A DNA stretch of 64,000 nucleotides from Azolla caroliniana. Lineage: Eukaryota; Plantae; Polypodiophyta. The stretch covers positions 12,710,001-12,774,000 of the forward strand of contig JBHGNT010000009.1 of assembly GCA_043228905.1 (NCBI GenBank), read 5' to 3'. Of this stretch, positions 24,308 through 36,743 are shown one piece after another (positions within the stretch are counted from its first letter, which is position 1; each line of letters begins with the position of its first letter). The notes beneath the pieces were generated by a model, which did no database searches, was not told the origin of the DNA, and saw nothing but the letters and a program-made list of their open reading frames with translations. A program made the position numbers and the translations under genes.

Positions 24308-26787
24308 CACCCGATATGGGCACTTCAAGTATACGGTTATGCCATTTGGCCTGACCAATGCACCATCGGTTTTCCAACACATGACAAATGATATAATCCA
24401 AGATCTTTTGGACATCTGTTTGATCATCTAGTTGGGTGATCTACTAGTTTATTCAAAGACACAAGAGGAGCATGATTATGTACTATTAGTACTAAGACGA
24501 CTACGAGAACATGGTCTTTCTGCAAAGCTGGAAAACTATATCTTTGACTGTAATCAGGTAGAATTTCTAGGCTATGTCATCTCATTGGAAGGCATCTCTA
24601 AGGATACAACTAAAGTTCAAACTGTGTTGGAGTGGCAGGCTCCACGTTCTTTGCAAGATGTGCAATGCTTTTTAGGATTCGCAAACTTCTGACGTAAGAT
24701 TATACAGGACTAGTCAAAGCTTATTTTGCCGCTCACACAGCTTACAAAGAAAGGGAAATCGTTTGTTTAGACTAAGGAAGCAGCCGCGACTTTTGAGGGT
24801 CTAAAGAAAGCATTAACATCAACTCCTATTTTAGCTCATGTTGATCCACAAAACCATTTATCATTGAAGCAGATGCATCCGATTTCACCCTCGGTAGTAT
24901 TTTGTCACAACAAGGTGACGATGAGAAGCTACATCCCTTGGCTTTCCACTAGCACAAATTTGACACCGCTGAAATCAACTACAAGATACATGACAAGGAG
25001 CTCTTAGCAATAGTTTCATCTTTTGCACAATGGAAGTATTTTTTAGAAGGATCTCCTCATCAAGTCACTGTATTCAGTGATCACAACAACTAGGTATAGA
25101 TTATCAGCAATTCGAATGTCATAATGAATTACTTCTCTTTAAGAAACTTTTGTATGTTCCCAATGTTTTGTGTTGCCTTCAAATAGTACAAAACTGTCAT
25201 GCCACATACACAGTTGGACATTTCGTAGTACTAAAATGTTGGATTTAGTATAATGATCATTTTGGTGGTCTCATATGCGAAGATTTGTCGAAGACTATGT
25301 TCAGACATGTGATACATGTTGTAGAGCGAAGATGTTGCAACATCATCCATATGGTTTGTTGGAGCCATTACTGATCCCAAGCAAACCATGGAAATCTACT
25401 TCTCTCGATTTAATCACAGATCTTCCAAACTCAAGGGGCTTCAATGCAATCTTGATAGTGGTTTCTCGATATACTAAGATGGCACATTTCTTGCCTTATA
25501 CTAAAGAAATCACTATTGAAGAAATCGTTGGAATTGTTATGCATGAAGTATTTCAACATCATGATGTTCCCAACAATATCATCAGTGATCGTGGACCACA
25601 ATTCGTCTCTAAAGTTTGGAAGCATCTCCTTAAAATGCTCAAGTTCACCTGTAATCTCTCCTCTGACCATCATCCCCAAACAGATGGACAAGCAGAACGC
25701 ACCAATCAAACGCTGGAATAGTATCTTCGGTGTTTCCTAGGCTATCAACAAGATGATTGGGCAAATATTCTACATTTTGCTGAATTTGCTTATAATAATT
25801 CTGTCCACTCCTCTCTTAGGGTTACATCATTCTACACTTATATCGGCTATCATCCTTGCTAGTGTGTTACAAACTCCGGAGTTACCAACAAATCCTAGTG
25901 CAGAGGATCATTTGGAGCGGTTACAACGAATTTAGGAAGAAATATCTACCCACCTATATCGCGCCCAACAAATACAAAAGGACTATGCAGAACGTCATAG
26001 GCTTCCATCCTCTTTTAATATTGGAGATCGAGTATGGCTATTACGACGACACAAAGTCATCTTTGATTGAGGACCTAGTTTGTTCGGATATTGATGATGG
26101 AAGTCTTCAAGAAGAGCTCGAGCATTTACCAAATTCGTCACTGGTTCCCAAGTACGCTCGCTTGGGCTATATCCTAGCCAATCGATAAAATAATAGAGCT
26201 TGTTGCGAACAATTTTGGAGTCGAGGATGGCAACAACCTCGTACTCAGGTCCATCTTCAAGTTCGATCGGGCTAGAGGTGGTGTAATACGATCTGGGATA
26301 GTGTTGTCCTAATAGGGTTCTAAGAGAGAACTATAAAATATCGGATGTATCCGTAGTTGTGAAGTAGATCAAGGCGAAAAGTAACATCATTAATTTTTCC
26401 GTTAATATAGAAAGGGCCTAACCGTCGATAATCCAGTTTGTCACACGGTCGAGTAAAATTCGTCGTTTAAAGGGGGGGATAGTGTCATGATATGGCTCCA
26501 AAAGGATTCCAACCCATGACCTTGTATTACATGGATTACACTCTTACCATTAAACCATGCATTGTAATACGAAAGATATTATTTTCATTTATGATTTCAC
26601 GATAGGAAATTCATGTATATTCGAGATTACTCTAGAACATTCTAGAAACTTCAAGAGTACTTTTGAGAGTACTATAAATAGAGGCACATGGCATTATTCA
26701 GAACCAATTTGGTTCAACGCTAGTCTTAAGCCTCCTAGCTACTCTTGTATCTTCTCTTCATATAATATACCACTTGTTATCATCATT

Positions 26788-26832
<45 letters not shown>

Positions 26833-26936
26833 CTCTCGTGAGTCTCCACACACCTTTCCCCTTCTTCATACTAATCCTCATTCTTCCTCTCTATCTTTAG
26901 TACAAATTCTCTCTATCTCTAGTACTATCTCTGACA
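24308..26936 (+). mobile_element. 5'-truncated Tcn1-like chromoviral Gypsy: RT/RH/INT remnants, inverted chromodomain segment (~26055-26455), PPT and 3' LTR 26483-26936
   Basis: [44 protein letters not shown], and AAAGGGGGGGATAG before TGTCATGA...CTGACA. LTR is similar to 49683-50115. Confidence 0.87.
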
Positions 26937-26940
26937 ACAC

Positions 26941-27100
26941 TATTATGGAGCAAAAGATAAGCACATGGGCTAAAAGTACAAGCAAACGAGCACTTGGGCA
27001 AGCAGGATTTAGACCAAAACACTCCACTTTGGATCATTTGGTCACATTGAGAGTAATCATGGAAGAGAGTCGACTACAAATAAAAACACTTTATTATTGT
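26941..27100 (+). mobile_element. Non-LTR retrotransposon (LINE, RTE-like) RT fragment
   Basis: GQAGFRPKHSTLDHLVTLRVIMEE...LYYC is the typical LINE RT QxGFR..ST.DH motif. Confidence 0.8.
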
Positions 27101-29268
27101 TGTTAATAGATAGGTAATTAACTAGGGTTAATTACGACCTAATTATGTGAGTATTGATAAAGCAGTCGAAGATTATGTGATTTGTGTGTATGTGTGTGAT
27201 AGATAGATTATATTATCGTCTTCGGAGGTCAAATATGACCTATGAAACCAAAAATATTACATTTCACGTGATACGTGTGAAAGTGAGTAGTGACTCTCGA
27301 TGTTCAAGAATTTTACCTATGAATGTTACAATTGAGACTGCACATTGTGGTTGTGAGAAGAATTCATGTAAGGATCGGGCTCAATCGAAGAGATGTGGAA
27401 AGCATGGTTGAATATGATCAAAGGTAGAGCATTGTATCAAAGTGTGATACTCAAACTCGCAAACTTGTTTAGGGCAAAGTGTACATAGCCGACCACTTTC
27501 ATCACTTGTGCCCCAACGCCCTATCTCACATTGCAATGCATGTGAGCTAAGTCACATGGAAGCAATGGTTCGAATGGCAGATCATGGTATGGGCTCTAAC
27601 ATGTATCAATGTGTACAGTTTCCCCGTTCCGCAAAGAATATGGTTTTGTAGTTAGGTGCAACATGTGTAGTATAATGTGTGACGCTTGAGCCTCCACATT
27701 TGTCCCATGTCATGATACATTGGCGTTGCAAAAAGGCCTCATTTACAGAGAAATCTAGTGATGCATCATGAAGCAAGTGTCTAGCATCCCATCTACCAAA
27801 CCATTTTTCTATATCTTGCATCCAATCGAAACAAAAATTTGCTTTTTTGTGTCTTTTGGATCTTTTTGCTTGCTTCCCATGCAATTCTAGGATGTCGATG
27901 TGAGAGGAAGAGAGAGAGCAAGTTACACTAATGGATAATAATATAAATGGGGGATGATTAACAAGAGTTTAGCTAAAGACCTTTCCTCTATATTAATAAG
28001 CATATCAAAATACAACGATATCCTCAATGAGGTATATATACATCTCATGTGCAAGGGTGCACATGTGTGAGGAAGATATAGGTACAAAAGTGTAAGTCCT
28101 ATATTAAATGAACATATGAGTGGATGATCTAGAATGTATCCCACTCAAGTACAAAATCATATTTAAGGCTTTAAGGTCAACACACTAACTAGATTCTATC
28201 TAGGTAACAACTAAGTTACGTGGTTAACTAAATGGCTAAACTAAGTTGAGGTTGATATCTCAACACGCCCCCTCAAGCTCAAGTGTGAGGTGTTCAACGT
28301 TTGGTTTGGCTTTCAGCTTCGTCGATTTCTGTTCGGATTTTGGTGTCGACATCTGTTCGACTTTTGGCTTTCTTCCGCCTTTCTGAGGCAGTTTCGATTC
28401 CTCCCCCTCAAGCCGGTGACGAAGGCTTGTAGTGTGAAATGGGGGAAGGCCGACCGCTTCCACCCATCCTGGCTCTTGTTTGGCCGCTACCTTCATCGCG
28501 AAGGCATAATGATGGGCCATATACTCATTGTAGTCGAGCCGAGTGACGAGGTTTTTCTCTCTAGTTGTGTGTCGAAGTTTTTCTCTTGCTGATGTGAGCG
28601 CCTTCATTACTCTAGGTGTCCACATAATGGGTACACCAAACTCACTATTTAGTGAGCGAACCAACACATCTGAATCACTGCCGTCGAGGTGGTCAACTTC
28701 GTATTCAAGCATCTTGCCTTTGCCTTTGTCCAATTTCGGACTTGGTCGTGACATGATTTGGTCACGTGAAGGCTCATGTGGTCCATTGAGCTCGATAGAG
28801 CTTGGACGATCCTTTGGTGAAGGACTTGGCCGAATATCGTCCTCTGAGTTGACGTTCAACTCTTCCTCGGTTGGGTTGGATGGAGCCGAATCAAGCTTAT
28901 ACCAAGATGTCAATTCATCGAAGACTACATCTCGACTCACCTGAACCACTCTGGTCGAACGGTTATAGCGCTTGTATGCCTTTTTCTCGGACAAGTATCC
29001 TACAACGATACATTTCTCTAACTTCGCATCAGGCTTCTATCATTTTTCGTTCGGGATGCGCACATTCACAATGCTTCCGAACACTTTGTGGTGCGCCAAG
29101 ATCGACTTCCTTCTGACAAGGAGCTCGTATGGAGTTAGCTCATGCACTCAATTACTGGCGCACCGGTTCATGAGATAGACGGTTGTGGATGCTGCTTCGA
29201 CCCAATAGAAGTTCCGCATATGCTTCTCATGCATGATGGCGCATGCTAATTCTTCCTTTCGGCTACTA
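27101..29268 (-). mobile_element. Internally deleted Copia: integrase C-terminus joined to the 3' end (no RT/RH), PPT, and an interrupted 3' LTR (27101-28265)
   Basis: VSRDVVFDE...YNEYMAHHYAF matches the Copia at 1019-13544. CGCCCCCTCAAGCTCAAG PPT after ...CTCAACA. LTR is similar to 42216-42664. Confidence 0.8.
27210..27895 (-). mobile_element. LINE ORF2 C-terminal/3' fragment inserted in a Copia LTR
   Basis: Minus-strand LSSHALQCEIGRW...RLCTLC...EYHTLIQC zinc-knuckle motif, typical of LINE ORF2 C-termini. Confidence 0.75.
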
Positions 29269-29704
29269 TGTTTATCCTAGACTAGTTACAGTCGCAAACA
29301 CAAGGTATTCCCTTTCTGGAATACTCCCCAAAGGTGTGGTGGTGGGATGGATTGATACACACATACGATTATAAGTTATCCGGTTACGTTCCGATACACA
29401 TACACAGTATCAGGTTTTGAATTAACATGCGTAAGATTATAACATAGAGTGTAGAAGGCAAGTACACAAGATAGAACACAATATACTATATTATTCGCTC
29501 CTAATTCATACAATCTAGACTACTTATATAGGTAGCCGATAAGGATACAAAATGGTGCATACACTGACCAATAATGATACAAGACAGTGTGGCTCTAGAT
29601 CGATACATCCATCCGGATCCGTCATTACTTAATATAATATTCCTAAATATCTATTATTCAGGACTCCAATTCACACCTCTGGTTCATACTCTTCTCTGGC
29701 AACA
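29269..29704 (-). mobile_element. LTR of the Athila/Tat-like family (3' LTR or solo)
   Basis: Reverse complement reads TGTTGCC...TAAACA and shares AACCAGAG.TGTGAA, GACGGA.CCGGA, CCTATATAA and TCTTACGC.TGTTAATT with the LTR at 50892. Confidence 0.75.
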
Positions 29705-29706
29705 CA

Positions 29707-29770
29707 TGGCACGCCCGATAGGACTCGAACCCACAATCCCTTGATTAGAAGTCACGTGCCTTATCCATTA
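29707..29770 (-). pseudogene. 5'-truncated processed tRNA-Arg(UCU) copy with 3' CCA
   Basis: Minus strand reads TAATGGATAAGGCACGTGACTTCTAATCAAGGGATTGTGGGTTCGAGTCCTATCGGGCGTGCCA: D-loop, anticodon loop CT-TCT-AA, GTTCGAG T-loop and CCA. About 12 5' nucleotides are missing. Confidence 0.9.
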
Positions 29771-29891
29771 AAATGTTCTGCAGCAATCTACGAAAACGTG
29801 TTGAGGGGTTAGGGTTATGGATGGAATGTTGATTATTGATGATAGAGATAGTGTTGAATGTTGATAAGAATTGCGGGGTGGGGGGTTCAAC

Positions 29892-29927
<36 letters not shown>

Positions 29928-30649
29928 AAGAGAGAAGTTGAGACAGAGAAATCTTTTCTTATGTTTCATTCATTCCCCATAAGGGGGTTAAATAGTACAA
30001 AGTGGGGGGTAGATACATACACAAGGGTACATGCCCCTTGGCCATCCACACTAATCACTCACTCACACCTCTTTTTATTTGTCCACATGTGCATGTGTCC
30101 ACATACGTATCTACTCACACTCACAATTTCACTAGTACACATTTACGCATACACATCAACACTATACTCTTTCACCCTCACTTGTCATTCTCAAATCTTC
30201 GTACATCTCGTACGGTAACACAATATAGCACGCCCGTGGGACAGTGTCTTGCACGTTGATCCACATGCCTGGATCATCATCTTCAATATCTTGTTTGACC
30301 GGAACTCCATCGATCTTCTCTGCGATGGACTCCCTCGATCAAAACGCTTGACCCGAACATTTCCTTTGGTGAACAAATCTTCCTCAACACAAACATTCCC
30401 ATTTTGTCAGCTCACGAACTTTGGTATCATCCTTCGGGTCTTCAAAAAATGTTGTATGTGTATTCTTCCTCTCGTTGATTTTATGTAAGTGGTTTCGCAT
30501 TTTCAAAATTTTGGAATATCATTGAGTTTTTAAAATTGTATTATGTACCCCCATGCTTATAAAATTTGTTGTTACGCCCTTGCAATATTAAAATTTTCTC
30601 ACATGCCCTTAATGAAATATGCTTAAATGCCCTCAAATTTCTAAAATTT

Positions 30650-31680
30650 TCTCCTACACGCCTCTCTTTTTCTTCTCTCCTTTTCTATCTTTTTCTTCGA
30701 CAATTGTTTCTTTTTCTTCATCATCATCTCTTTCAACAAATTCGTTTGGTTCTAATAAGTGACAATGTTGTGTTTCTTCTTCTAACTCGTTTGCTTCTGT
30801 TTCTCCTTCTTCGCCTTTCTTCTTTCCTTCTCTCGCAATCTTTCTCTTAAAGTTTCTGTCTCTCTGCATCTTCTTCCTTCTCTCTTTCTTCTTTCTTTCT
30901 TCTTTTTGATCCCGCTTCTCTACTCCTCTTCTTTCCTTCTCTTGCAATCTTTCTCTTAAAGTTTCTTCTTTTTCTTTTGTGTTGTGTCCAAGATCTATCG
31001 TTTCTTCCTCCTTGTGTTCTTCATCTTCTTCTCTTTCTTTTCTTCTTCATCTTCTCGTATGCATTTTCTCTGGTTCTTCTTCTTTTCTACATCTTCTTTT
31101 ATGTCGTTGTCATCATCTGTCCGTCTGTGTTGGTGACTGGATTTGTGTCTTCGGCTCTGTCGCTATCCGGCCCATCGTTTCGACGACCATCTTCATCATT
31201 GTCTAGTCATTGTCTCAGTTGGTGTCGTTGTTTTGGCTGTTGTTCGGCTGCTCCAACAATTGTTCAACCACTCTCTAGCCACTCTTCGGCCACTATCCGA
31301 CCACTCCAGTCCCTCTTTGTTGTCTGATCCGGTCCTATTTGATCAATCTGGCTCGTCTGTTATTAAGCCGCATATCCAACCATCAATCTGTTTGTGTCCA
31401 ACTCGTTTAGACTGTCGTCCCGGTGTTTCTGTCTATGTTCTCGTCTGTTGTTTTCAACGACTTCATCGCCATCTCCGTCTTCGGCTCCTTCGTTGTTGTC
31501 CAACACTAGTCAACCATCATCTGGCGTCTCCTACTCGGCCGTCAATTGTCTATCATCCACGTCTTCATCACTGTGCGTCGCTTGTCGTCTTTGTCTTCGT
31601 TTGTCCGACCCTATCCAACTGTCTCCATTTCAGTTCATCTCATTCCGACCCTATCGACCGACTCCGTCTCTATGCATCGA
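30650..31680. repeat. Pyrimidine-rich low-complexity region ((TCT)n, (CGT)n-like)
   Basis: Directly visible; the ORFs here are compositionally biased. Confidence 0.7.
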
Positions 31681-31689
31681 TGCTCTGTC

Positions 31690-31817
31690 CTAGAAATGAT
31701 AAAGTGGTTTGGAAGATGGGATGCAACACATTTGTTTCATGATGCATCACTACATTCCTCTGTAAATGAGGCCTTTTTGCAACGTCAATGTATCATGCCA
31801 TGGGACAAATGTGGAGA
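31690..31817 (+). mobile_element. ~130-bp fragment of the LINE at 27210-27895
   Basis: KWFGRWDATHLFHDASLHSSVNEAFLQRQCIMPWDKCG is nearly identical to the peptide in ORF 27606-27884. Confidence 0.85.
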
Positions 31818-31925
31818 CTATAAACAAATTGTAGTTTGGAAATGTTTGTTTTGAGAACAAGGGTAATTATGTACAAACTCTCTCTTCGTGAAGTCTGGAT
31901 TACTTGGTGGGGTTAAAATAGAGCT

Positions 31926-34900
31926 TTAGATATTACATGATTTGGTAGTTTTTGACACTAATTTCCACCTATACAATTTTTTTTCAAAAAGGGCATCATT
32001 GCATCCATACAAATTGCTTAAAGAACGGGATAATTGGCTTGCCTCGCCAACAACTTGGTGCCTTGGGATAATCCTCTTCTCGAGACTATAGCTAAAGAAA
32101 TGGGGAAATCTTACAAGTTCTTTAGGTGACCTCTGCATTACTTCGACAAGATAACTATACTTTGGTTGAAGTACAGTAACAATGCTAAATCCAAGAAGAG
32201 ATGGCAATCTTCTCACCATATCGACAACCTCTTCCCTAGTATATTTAAACAACAATAATACTTTAGAGAACAAACATTGATTATCAGCATGGTTATGACA
32301 CAAAATGAATGAAACCCATTCGGTCTCCTTAATGCAAAAAAATCTAAAAAAGAAGTTCATCTAGAGTTGTAAAAATCATACATTAACCAAAAACGATTGA
32401 ACATTGAGAACCAACAAACAACAAGCTACTATATAAATATAGAGGGGTTGTCCCGAAAACATGTTTGTCAAAGTTCATGGATTTTCTCTTCCCTTTTTAT
32501 TGTTTTCAATTCTCTCTTTCTTTTTCTTCTTTGTATGTTTGAATGTTACGTGATGTCCTAGCTAGAATTATATCTTACCTTGTGAAGTTTAACTCCATAA
32601 GATACATGACCGTGGGATTCAAGTTCTTGTCAACACTTAACGTCAGAAGTTGTGGATGTCGTGTAACCAGCCTATGCAAAAGGTTCACATAAAACAATTT
32701 GGTTAGGCATGCATCTTTTCTACATAAGACTAAGGCAAGCAGCATTCTTGGGAAATCCAAAGAAGTAAATTCATGGAAACTGTTAAAAGTATAGCATCTC
32801 TCACAAATCAATACTAAATATATTGATAAAATAAGTTTTTAGTATTAAGAGACCTATTCAGTTTTCACACAAATATTTTTCTTACTTGCCAATAATCTCA
32901 CGCTTGATTCCCAAACTTTCAAGAAACTCGGTATTTGCTTGAAGCTTTGTCTCAATACTATGAGCTAAAATCATAGGCTTCCGCTTGATAACCTATTGAA
33001 GTCACACAAGGTTTTTCTCTTCAAAAAATGTCAAAATACATCCAGAATTTCTTCTAGGTATAAATAAACAAATTTTTTGAAGGAACTCTACCCTAATGAT
33101 AATTGTGTTGCAAATATTTCCAGACCTTAAGCAAAGATGACCCAGTTATGCCAAGGCTCTCAAGGAACTGTATGGTTGGTTGAATTTTCTCCTCCACACT
33201 CAAACCAAGTAATTGTGGTGCATTATATATAACCTTTATTGAATTCATATAGTCAAAAAACAACGAAATCAGATCCTAAATATATATATATAGATGTATC
33301 TCTAAACATTTTACAATGAAGCTTCAAACTCACCTTACCGAGATCTTTCTTTGGAAGCCCCAGTTTGACCAGGAAATCGGTCTTCGCCTCAAAATTGAGA
33401 CGATTTTTAAGCAGTTGAGGATGCCTTCGGAAAAGCTTTCCCATTAAAATTGAGTCTACACCAAGATTTTCCAATTGCAAAACCGCTGGTTGGAAATCCT
33501 AGTTGAAAAAAAGAGCATATTTATATAAATATATATCGAAAATACAGATATATACAATCACCGATACATGCATACAAGCTCAGAAATGCATACATACATA
33601 TATGATCACACATGCATGCGCACTCACACGCAATGGAAAACACACTGTTTCTTTTAGAGGTGGATTTGAAATTTTCCATCTAATCTTGAACTAGATCTGT
33701 GTTGACTTGAGATTTATGGCCATCAAATCTCATGATTATGTGTAGTCTCCATGTTAACAAATACACGCATATATGATGACACGCCTCACATAGGCAGTGC
33801 ATATATGTTGGTTTTCGAGATTCCGAAATTTTAAGATCCAATTTTAAACTTGGAACATACTTATTGTGATATCTGTGGTAATATTGCACATCATAAATCT
33901 TATGACTAAACTGCAGTAGCTTCACGTTCACAATATACAAGCACACATTTGCAAATGCATGAACATGTTACCTTTGAAGGTTGGATTTGAGATTTCCAGT
34001 CCAATCTTGAAACTAGACATATTTAGACATAAGATTTATGGTCGTAGAATACAATTAAAGAATCCAGTTTTATGGTGAGTGAAATGAAAGCATCTTATGA
34101 TACGTAGAAAACAAGATAACTACCTGGTCGAGATTATATCGAAAAAGCCTAGGGAAGGACGTGATGATTTTATCAATATCATCTGCAGTAGCATGAATAG
34201 ACTTAAGATAGTCACCGACAGGCCATACATCTTTCTGAACATTGCTTGAAATAAGTGCTGGTCTCCGTGCAAGTAGGGGACCTATATGGTTCCTCCTCAC
34301 ACCAATGCTTTCCAAACATGCAATAAGATCCCTTAAGCTTTTCTCGGCTCCATTAAGAATCAACATTGGATGCCGAATGATGAGTTTCTTTACATACTCC
34401 AAGGGCACTTCAAGATCCTCCAGAAACTCTACATTCGGCCTCAGATCCTTCGAGATATCTTGGCCAAGGATTTGTGGATGCTTTTGCACAAATTTTCCCA
34501 ACTCTTTGTGTGTGAATCCAAGACCTTTCAGGAATTCTTCAACAAGAGCTAATTGGTCGCATTCATACGTAAAAAGTTGCGGCCAATTGGCGAGTACTGA
34601 AGGCAAAGAGCTTGATTTCACACCTATTGTTCGCAAAAACTCTACCTTGGCCATGACGGTGTCGATGCGTTTCCCAACGAAAGGGAGAACTTTGGCGATG
34701 TCGGGTGCCTTCATTCGAAGCAAGTAGAAGTAGTACACGAGCCTCGGGATGCCCGCTTGCTCGGCAAAGTATGACACAATAGATGGGAAAGAACCATCTT
34801 TTTGCTGAAAACCACTTGATTTCTGGAATCGCCTTCGATTGTTCATGTGAAAGATGCCCATTTCTGGGTCCCCTGTGTTACGTAACCCAAACCTTAACTC

Positions 34901-35548
34901 TAAATCAGACCCTATCTCTATTTTTGGGTCTCCTTTGACTCCTAACCCAAGTCCTAATGCTAAATTTGATCCCAAGCCTAACCTTAATCCTAACATCGAT
35001 CGATCACGCAAACCTGAAGAAGACCTGGTGTCGCATGACCACCCAGACAAAGACCTTGACTCGAGTGCAGTGTTCCCGAGACAGATGAGGTCATCAATGA
35101 GGTCAGCAGAGTGGCGCAAGAACTCAAAAGCATAGCCTGGAGGGACGCCTTTGTATTCAAGAAGGTCTAGAAGCTCATCCATGGCTTCACTCCGATGAAG
35201 CCGTGAAGAATCTGAACCTTCAATTGCAAGAGCTTCCCTCTCGAGCAGAGTAGGGAGGTTTTTCGTTGCATTGGTAGTATTCTTGAAGAGAACCTTGGTA
35301 CTTTTGCTCTCATAAGGTGCAGAGACGATCAGGGCTTGAAGTTCATCATACCCATCACGGGTTTTCTCTATAGGAGCTACTTGTGGGTTTTCATCTTCTA
35401 TGATTGAAGATGAGGAAGAAGAAGAAGAAGAAGAAGTTACCTTTGAGGAGTTTCCATGGAGCTTTGCTCTGTTGTTACATAGCTCTGATTGTTTCTCATT
35501 GCTTTGGATGATGGTGAGGCCAAAGCAAAAGATATGCTTGGAGAACAT
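31926..35548 (-). CDS. mTERF (mitochondrial transcription termination factor family) protein, probably organelle-targeted. Exons 35548-34124, 33498-33334, 33233-33126, 32992-32886, 32671-32579, 32235-31926 (2208 nt, ~735 aa).
   Basis: Repeated mTERF motifs (KHPQILGQDISKDLRPNVEFL, RHPQLL, NAPQLLGLSVEEKIQPTIQFL, FPHFFSYSLEKRIIPRH). GT-AG introns in phase. Start taken as the first in-frame ATG. Confidence 0.92.
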
Positions 35549-35748
35549 GGTATAACACTTCACTTCCTCGACCCTTCTTTCTTATTTCTTTACTCTGTTT
35601 CTGTGTTTTCTTTTTTTGCTCTTACGCTCGATCGTTGATGGGCTCGGAAGCGGAAGAACACACACACACACACACACGACTGCCACAAAAGAAGATACAT
35701 ACATACATAGATAATTCTCAATCAAATTCAAGGAAATCTTTCCTTACA

Positions 35749-35778
35749 AACCGAACCGAACCGAACCGAACCGAACCC
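35749..35778. repeat. (AACCG)n microsatellite upstream of mTERF
   Basis: Directly visible. Confidence 0.9.
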
Positions 35779-36743
35779 ACCACCTCCACCGCTTGTCTCC
35801 ACATGTAAACCACCCATCATCCATTTAGACATTATGCAGGTTCGTTAGAGTCACTCAAACAAGACTTGGTCTTCTTTAAAGACAACGCCATATATGTACT
35901 TACTCATGTCACACTCACAAACGGCTTGGGCTTACCTTTATAGAAGGTGGGATAAACCCATTGGTTGGTGTAGGAAGGGGAGATATGCACAATCTGGCCA
36001 ATCAAATCAAATTGAGTTTTACCTAACGATCCTTGGAGATGTAGATAAAAGAAAGATTTGGACAGATGAAGATGCAAGAATGGCAGAGCCAAGAGTTTAA
36101 TCCATGAAATTATGGTATGATCTAGTCGATACCAAAACAAGAATAGTTGAGGCTTCGTGTCCAAACTATAAGCATTTGTTTATCAGAAAAGGAAGAGACC
36201 GGATGTGCAAGAAGTGTTCACTAAGAGGCAGAAAGACTTGAGAAAGCGAACGAAGACAACATACACTCCGGTCAAAGCCAAAGGAGATGGTTGAACCAAT
36301 TTACACATTATAATTTCACATAGAATAAAACATGGATCCCAAGTGGGTGTTGATGGATATGACACTCAACAACCAAGTTATGGGTTTAACCTATGAGAAA
36401 TTTTGTGAATGTCAAGTGGGAACACCAAGGACCCCAACCAAGGAAGATGGCGTCGATAATAATGGATTGCGGGTGATGTGCGTTTGAGTTGACATGCATT
36501 TGTGTGCCAATAATGTCGCACATGAATGTGTAAGAGAACTTGGAGTTTCCCTTGTAGAAAATGTAGGTGTTGATGGGGTGCACATGAACCATGGGCCTGT
36601 TTTGGATAAAAGTATGCAAATGTTCACCTATATCTTTCGTGTATGTGTGTTGGCTTGTAGTGTTTTATGTGTTAATTTTTATAATGTATGTAGATATATG
36701 TATGTATTTGGGAATGTATAAAATTATGTATGTGTATATATAT

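Noticed and set aside
29707-29770. Functional tRNA-Arg gene
   Set aside because: It lacks the 5' acceptor strand, has encoded CCA and stem mismatches, and has no downstream T-run. It is a processed copy.
30566-31742. Hydrophobic or charged ORFs as genes
   Set aside because: Translations of low-complexity CT-rich sequence.
33655-34045. ~65-bp diverged duplication in mTERF intron 1
   Set aside because: Short and degenerate, with no evidence of function.
35894-36400. Short ORFs upstream of mTERF as a divergent gene
   Set aside because: No recognisable motif or splice structure.
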